A program made the translations under genes and the position numbers. Below, one piece after another: positions 57,801 through 64,000 of a stretch of 64,000 nucleotides of DNA. The notes below the pieces were generated by a model, which did not search any database, was not told where the DNA came from, and saw only the letters and a list, made by a program, of their open reading frames with translations. Numbering within the stretch: the first letter of the stretch is position 1; every line of letters starts with the position of its first letter. Source of the DNA: Eledone cirrhosa (Eukaryota); the NCBI GenBank assembly GCA_964016885.1, contig OZ024746.1:46934001-46998000 (forward strand), written 5' to 3'.

Positions 57801-58179
57801 ATCAGGAAAGAAGATTGACATGGTTTGCTATACAAGAAAGGTTTTTAATCTCATTGCTGACAATTGTTTCTCTGAACTGGTAGGTCTAGAGATCGCTATT
57901 CGCTTGTTTTCACGTTACTCGATCGCCAATACCAAATTATAACCAGTCAGTTCTTCGGAGCATGCGAGAATGAAGAGGATATACAGGCTACTGTATGAAG
58001 TAGTAATGGCATTCAGTTAGAACAATAACAACAATGCTAGTAATAAATTATTTGAGGAGACCCTGCCATTACATTAGGTGGGGGGTATAGTATATCTAAG
58101 ATTTCGTCGTGTAAAACTAGCTGACATGAAGCAGAAGTATAAGGTTGACATGTAAGGAGTGTCGTAGAGGTTAAGGAGG

Positions 58180-58266
<87 letters not shown>

Positions 58267-58773
58267 TATATATACACACGCACGTGTACATAGACACATA
58301 CATACACATCAATATACACTCGTACAAATACATACATACATGCAAAGAGATAAACATGCTGACTGTAATTATGGCAAAAGGAAGGTAAAGTTACATTGTT
58401 GTAGTGATTTGAGAAATTCTTGGATTCAGGATCAAGTGATGGCAGCAGCTGAGAAGGAATAAATTTATGGGTTGATGAGGTACTTACAGACATTTGTGTG
58501 GTATAGAACTGTGAAGGCTAGAGTGTACTTAATGAGTATATTTCTGTGGTGATTTATGCAGGGTAGTGGGTATCCTAGTTTAACGCTATGTTATGTTGTA
58601 TATTCCTTTCATGCCTGTATATCCGCTTCATTCTCGCATGCTCCAAAGAACTGACTGGTTATAATTTTGTATTGGCGATCTCTAGACCTACCAGTTCAGA
58701 GAAACAATTATCAGCAATGAGATTAAAAACCTTTTTTGTATAGCAAACCATGTCAATCTTTCCTGATTTATTA
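54018..58773 (-). mobile_element. Near full-length Hydra-clade-like PLE: 3' pLTR 54018-55204, 5' direct pLTR 57649-58598, inverted pLTR piece 58597-58773
   Basis: cggggtaacaaataatag at 54018 and 57649; (TA)n at both ends. Confidence 0.9.
55212..57612 (-). pseudogene. PLE RT + GIY-YIG, disrupted near 57105 and 55860
   Basis: SLKNIPIP..RWKAYHF..ENYGFKS, VKADKT, LKDHKNNF..IRLICPSKS, FIQFDIDDYYASI, FDITMGSNDSA, GIYRDD, KYLWFNP, CNC..CPL..CL, YIGSTAGSFKKR, CGQCDLE, CRH. Confidence 0.93.
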
Positions 58774-58775
58774 TA

Positions 58776-58814
<39 letters not shown>

Positions 58815-58817
<3 letters not shown>

Positions 58818-60497
58818 GTGGAGACAGTAAACAGAAAACAAAAAAACGTGGAAGCGAAGAGGCAGTACAAATGTTATTATTCATTTCACGCTTGATAGAG
58901 GGGGGGGGGCGTTTCGGGCATAAGCTTTTCATCAGGAGAAAAGTGGGCAGGAAGAGAGTTCCGAGGGTGTGTGAGGGAGTGGTGGAAAGACATTAAAAAA
59001 ATTATTTTAAAAAAAGGGGGGGGGGGGGGAACCGGAGGAAAAGGAATTTTTTTGGACAGTAAAAAAATTTAAAATAAAAAGAAATAAGTGGTGAAAGGGT
59101 GTGAGGCGTGTAGGGGTGTGTGGAGTCCGGAGGCTGAGTGTGTGTATGTGGGGATACGCACGTGTGTGTGTGGGGGGGTATATGTGGTGTAGATGTATGG
59201 TGGTGTGGTGTGAAAATAGTGTAAGTGTGTGTTGTTGGGGTTTTTCCACGGACTATGAGATCAGATGTTGGAGATTCTGATTGTGGTAGGATGGATAGCT
59301 GGAGCGATGGACCCGTGGTGTAAAATCCTGGTATGGTAGTGAGGATGTGTAGAGTTGTGGGGTGCGCACGCAACAGGAAGTGGTCAGGCAGGACGAAGAA
59401 GGTGGGAGGAAGGAGATAGCAGTAGGGAGGTGACAGCAGGCAGTGGTGTGGAGGCTGACGGGTATAGAGAGGTCTGTATGTGGTGGGGAATATGTGTGTT
59501 TGCGGAGGTGCGGCGGACAGGGGGGATGAAAGGTGGAGGGAGAGGGTGGCGGTGTGGGGGTTGGTGTGTATATTAGTGTAGGTGTTAGTGGGATGTGTGG
59601 GGGGTAGAGCGGGGAGAGAGAGAGGAGGAGAGAGAAGGTGTTGGGGACGGTTGGGGGGGGTGTAGTGTACTGGTGTGTGTGTGTGTGTGTGTATTTGGAT
59701 ATGAGTGTGTGTGTGGTAAAGGGGGTGTTAGTGGGTGTTAGTGGGTGTTAGTATACTGGTGGTGGGGAAGGGGTTGGATGCGGGTGTGTGACTGGGGGTT
59801 AGCGGTGGTAGTGTGTGTATAGAGTGGGTGTTGTGTCGGTGTGTACGTAGGTGTGGGTGAGTGTATGTGTAATGGTGTGTATTCGTGTGTGTGTTTGTGG
59901 TGAGGGGGGCGGAAGGTGTGTTGGAGGGACGTTAGTAATATTAGTAGTGGGGTGGTCAGATGTGGATGTGTGGGTGGGGGTTAGTGGTGGTAGTAGGGTG
60001 TGTGAATAGTGTGAGTGCCTGTATATACGTTCAGGCGAGTGTGTGCGTGTTGAGGGTGTGGGTGCGCGGGTGCTAGGAGGAGGGTGGGGATATTAGTATT
60101 ATTAGTTGTGGTGGGTCGGGGGTAGGGTGGGGTGTTAGTATTATTAGCTGTGGGCCAAGGGGGTGAGGGAGGGCTGGGAGTGGAGGGGACGGTGAAACCG
60201 GGGAGTGATGATAAAGGAAGGGGTGGGGAGTTCAGGCCGGGGGGCGGGGTATGTAGGGTGAAGATGGTGTGTTGCTCGACCGTGAGACGGGTGGCGGGGG
60301 TCCCATGGCATTGGATCAGGCCACAGACTGTGAGGTGATGGGCGGAATGTCCAAGGGAACCAAAGTGGCGGGCCATTGGGGAACTCCCGCCGAGATGAAT
60401 ATCTCGGAGGTGTTCCGTGAACCGATCCGCCAGGCGACGTCCAGTCTGTCCGACGTCTGTCCATAGACGAGGTTGGAGGCGGTGCAGCGGAAGGCAT
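58815..60497 (-). mobile_element. Degenerate Neptune-like PLE 3' end (GIY-YIG remnant ~60225-60497, AC-rich 3'UTR, eroded HHR 58905-58940)
   Basis: FRCTASNLVY / VGQTGRRLADRFTEHLRDI..PMARHF..GH..L.V.G..EQ..IF.L.T..PGLN; ctc CTGATGA aaagcttatgccc GAAACg. Confidence 0.75.
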
Positions 60498-61917
60498 ATG
60501 CTTGAGTGTATGTGTGTATATTTATGTATAACGAGAACACTAACATGGGTATAGATAGTTTTTCCTCTCAATGCTATAGTCTACTGGAAATTATAAATCG
60601 ATTAATAGATATTTTCCTTCTTGCTAGTCTTTAATAGTTACTGGTAAAATTACTATAATTTCCTTAACCCTAAGCACTGGTCACACTCCCAGACAACATG
60701 TTTGGGTCAATTCATTGTATAAAGGCTACGGTTCTGTAATGTTCGTGTGAATACGTGAGAATCTATATATATTAACATCTAAACTTTCATTCGTAATGTT
60801 AAAGATATGGAAAATTGATCTTGTTTTGTAGTGATTTTACATGCGCTTCATTTAGCTTTTTTACATGCGGTTGTTAATCGGTGATTAGTACGAAAACTTG
60901 TAATTCATAACTTATATCAAACAAAAAGCAATGCCATTCCTATAAGTTGATGCATTACTTAAACAACTATCTTTTAAAATTGTCATAATTTTTTTATTAG
61001 TTAAACAACCTTATGATCAGTCAATAGCCTTACATTCATAACCAAGCCATACATACTTCAAACAATTTTCAAATATCAAATATTGACCAAATAGCATTAA
61101 ATTGATAATACCACCGTTGTTTATTTAATTATGTAACCTGATATCCGTTAACTAACATTACATTCAGTCACACAAACTTATATTGAATACATGTATATGA
61201 ATCAAATAATTATACATTTGTCAAACAATTATACAGTCATCAAACTGCATTAAATTTATCATTCATAAAATAAGATTAGTGTAAACAATCAGCAATATAA
61301 TCACCAAACAACTTTATATTTATAAATCAAATTTACGCTCACCAAGTAACTTCACATACTTCAACATAGAATCCCAACATCCATCTAAAAATCTTTCATT
61401 ATCGAAACATATAATATTACATTTATCAAACTAACTTAAAATTCAACTACTAATAAATCATTATGACTCTCCTAAAGAGAGCTCTGCCAGAAACGTTAGA
61501 ATTCTTCATCCTATAAAATCTATACTAATGTTTCCCCGTTTTGCAGTACACTATGTCGGCGTCTACCGTTAGGATTGAACCAATTCTATATTACATTTAA
61601 TCAAACAATTTTAAATATATTAAACCATTTGAGCATTTACCAGATGAACCAACATTCTTCAACCAATGTTACATTTTATCTAGCAACCTACATTAATCAA
61701 TCAAATACGATTAAATTATTGATTAGATTATTTGAATATAATTATTACTGATTTATACGTTTGTACCAGACCGCTAATATTATATGATCTGACAAACTTA
61801 ACATCACTGTAAAGATATATATTAGATCTCCTGCCCAATTACTTAGTGCAGCTAGTATATATAGATCGACAATGTCCTGAACATCATAGTGACCCATTAA
61901 TGCTTCGTATTATTGTT

Positions 61918-62167
61918 ATTGGCAGTATCGGTGGAGGGTCGGACACCATGCTTTCCAGCATAGTTACGTCCCTTTACGATCTGAGTTCAAATCCCGCCGA
62001 GGTTGACTTTGCCTTTCATCCTTACGGGGTCGATAAAATAAAGTACCAGTAATGTACTGGATAATTGCTGGCCTTGTGCCTAACGTAGAAACAATTATTG
62101 TTACCCAGAAAGTACCAGTAATACACTGGGTAATTGCTGGCCTTGTGCCTAAAGTAGAAACAATTAT
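61918..62167 (+). mobile_element. Dominant SINE with duplicated 3' end
   Basis: Full body to 62097, repeat of the 3' part at 62108-62167. Confidence 0.88.
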
Positions 62168-62459
62168 TGTTACCCAGAAAGTAACGTCCTAATCTGTAAG
62201 GATATCCTCAATAATTTGACCATATGTCGGCCATATAGTCGATGGCAGAGATGGCAAATGATGTCAACAAAAGCCTGCCACCTCCGATAGTCATGGAGCG
62301 CTAAACCATATCACACATTGGCATCCTGCAACTGTTGAAGTATTGTGCAAATCAAATTTATTTCCGACCACCAAGGGGTTGCTGATGACATATACATTTG
62401 TATGAGCCCAATGGTGTGAGTAATAGTGTGTGCATTAAGATGTGATTTTTTCTATATGT

Positions 62460-62505
<46 letters not shown>

Positions 62506-62600
62506 GTTAGAAGTTAGAAGGCCAGACAATGCCCGTTTGGAGATACAATATAAATGTAAAAGCGCTGACAATTAGTCTTTTACATTAATTTATTCATATA

Positions 62601-62637
62601 TCCTGATATTTCGAGATAATATCTCTTCGTCTGAGGA
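62601..62637 (-). ncRNA. Minimal HHR with U4A change in a TA-flanked remnant (62505-63120)
   Basis: tcct CAGACGA a GAGAT-att-ATCTC GAAATATC agga. Confidence 0.55.
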
Positions 62638-63109
62638 AAGTAAGGGGGTTAATCCAGTGTCCGAAGTGGGTTGCTAAGTCATGCTAACCGGAAGTAGTAT
62701 AAAATTCTATTCTACTTCTTGTTTGGGCAGATCGAGTGGTTAATGAGTTGTCTCCTTTTAAAGGATTTGGACATGTATGTCTAAGTGTGAGAGTGTGTGT
62801 AAGCATGCGTGTGTTTGTGTGTTTGTGTGTGTAAGAGAATACGTAAAGGTGTAAGCATACGTGTGTGTGTGAAGATACGTGGAGATGTAAATATGGGGGC
62901 TAGATGCTCTAATACGTAGAGAGTACCACAGATTCTAAGTGTGTGTGTAATAGAATATGTAAAGCCTGCGTATGTGTGTGTGTGTGGGAGGATACGTAGA
63001 GATGTAAATATGAGGGTTAGATGTTCTATCATGTTAAACATTGGGTGTTGAGTTCTAATCTATTATTGATTTGTGGTTGTGTTTTGTCTATAATTAATGG
63101 TTCTTTAAT

Positions 63110-63156
<47 letters not shown>

Positions 63157-63281
63157 GTATATATATATATATATATACAGTATATGTTTGGTTATATTGG
63201 AGTTTACCAAGTGTATGTAGAATAAAATTGTTATAAATCTAAATTAGTTGTTCTCTCTCAATTTATTACATATGTATACAT

Positions 63282-63320
<39 letters not shown>

Positions 63321-63325
<5 letters not shown>

Positions 63326-63505
63326 TCTACGTTTGGCACAAGGCCAGCAATTACCCAGTGCATTACTGGTACTTTATTTTATCGACCCCGTAAGGATGAA
63401 AGGCAAAGTTAACCTTGGCGGGATTTGAACTCAGAATGGCAAGGGCCGTAACTCTATACGTCAAAGCATGGCGTCTGACCCTCTACCAATACTGCCAATC
63501 CACCG
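63321..63505 (-). mobile_element. Dominant SINE, full length, tail in (TA)n
   Basis: Reverse complement of 20191-20374. Confidence 0.88.
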
Positions 63506-63608
63506 CCCTCACATTATATATATATATATATGTGACAGGGTGTGTCAATGTCTCTGTGCATGTGGGATATGTACACATGTAAATATGCATATATATATAT
63601 ATATATAT

Positions 63609-63652
<44 letters not shown>

Positions 63653-64000
63653 ATTATTGCTCATAACCTATATTTGTGTCTTCCTAAAGAATTAGATGAA
63701 CATATATTTTCTTTATATTTGTTTGATATGTATTCTTATAATCAATATAATAGCACCTAATTGCATGGCATATTATTTCATTCTTCTGATTAGATTGCAT
63801 TCATACTCCGGGGAGGGTCCCTTACTATTTGGAAGCATATAGCAAATCTTGTATACATCTAACTTTTTTCTTAGATATCTCAATAAACTTGACCCAATTT
63901 TTTTTATTGATTTTAGATCACCAATGATGGAATTTTACAAACGTAAATCTACAAATATAATACTGGAGATAGTGGCTCTAAACATTTCTATTAATGGACT

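Overview
AT-rich, microsatellite-saturated eukaryotic non-genic DNA, most likely octopus/cephalopod (inferred from the SINE family and the (TA)n/(CA)n/(GA)n density). No host gene is recognisable, and almost all ORFs in the track are microsatellite artefacts. The window is dominated by Penelope-like retroelements (PLEs) and their non-autonomous partners inserted in (TA)n. These are a Nematis-like RT+GIY-YIG element (22.7-26.2 kb), two Hydra-clade-like elements (51.6-54.0 kb; near full-length 54.0-58.8 kb) and several Neptune-like 3' fragments. Reading by eye finds about 25 type I hammerhead-ribozyme (HHR) motifs from roughly 8 families. The main result is two non-coding, HHR-bearing tandem-unit families (about 595 nt at 15.4-18.7 kb; about 425/510 nt at 14.2, 40.9 and 42.5 kb) that look like retrozymes (candidate circular RNAs copied by PLE RT). 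There is also a recurring head-to-head foldback insertion architecture with both 3' ends facing outward into (TA)n. Ribozyme activity, circularity and clade names are inferences, not tested.
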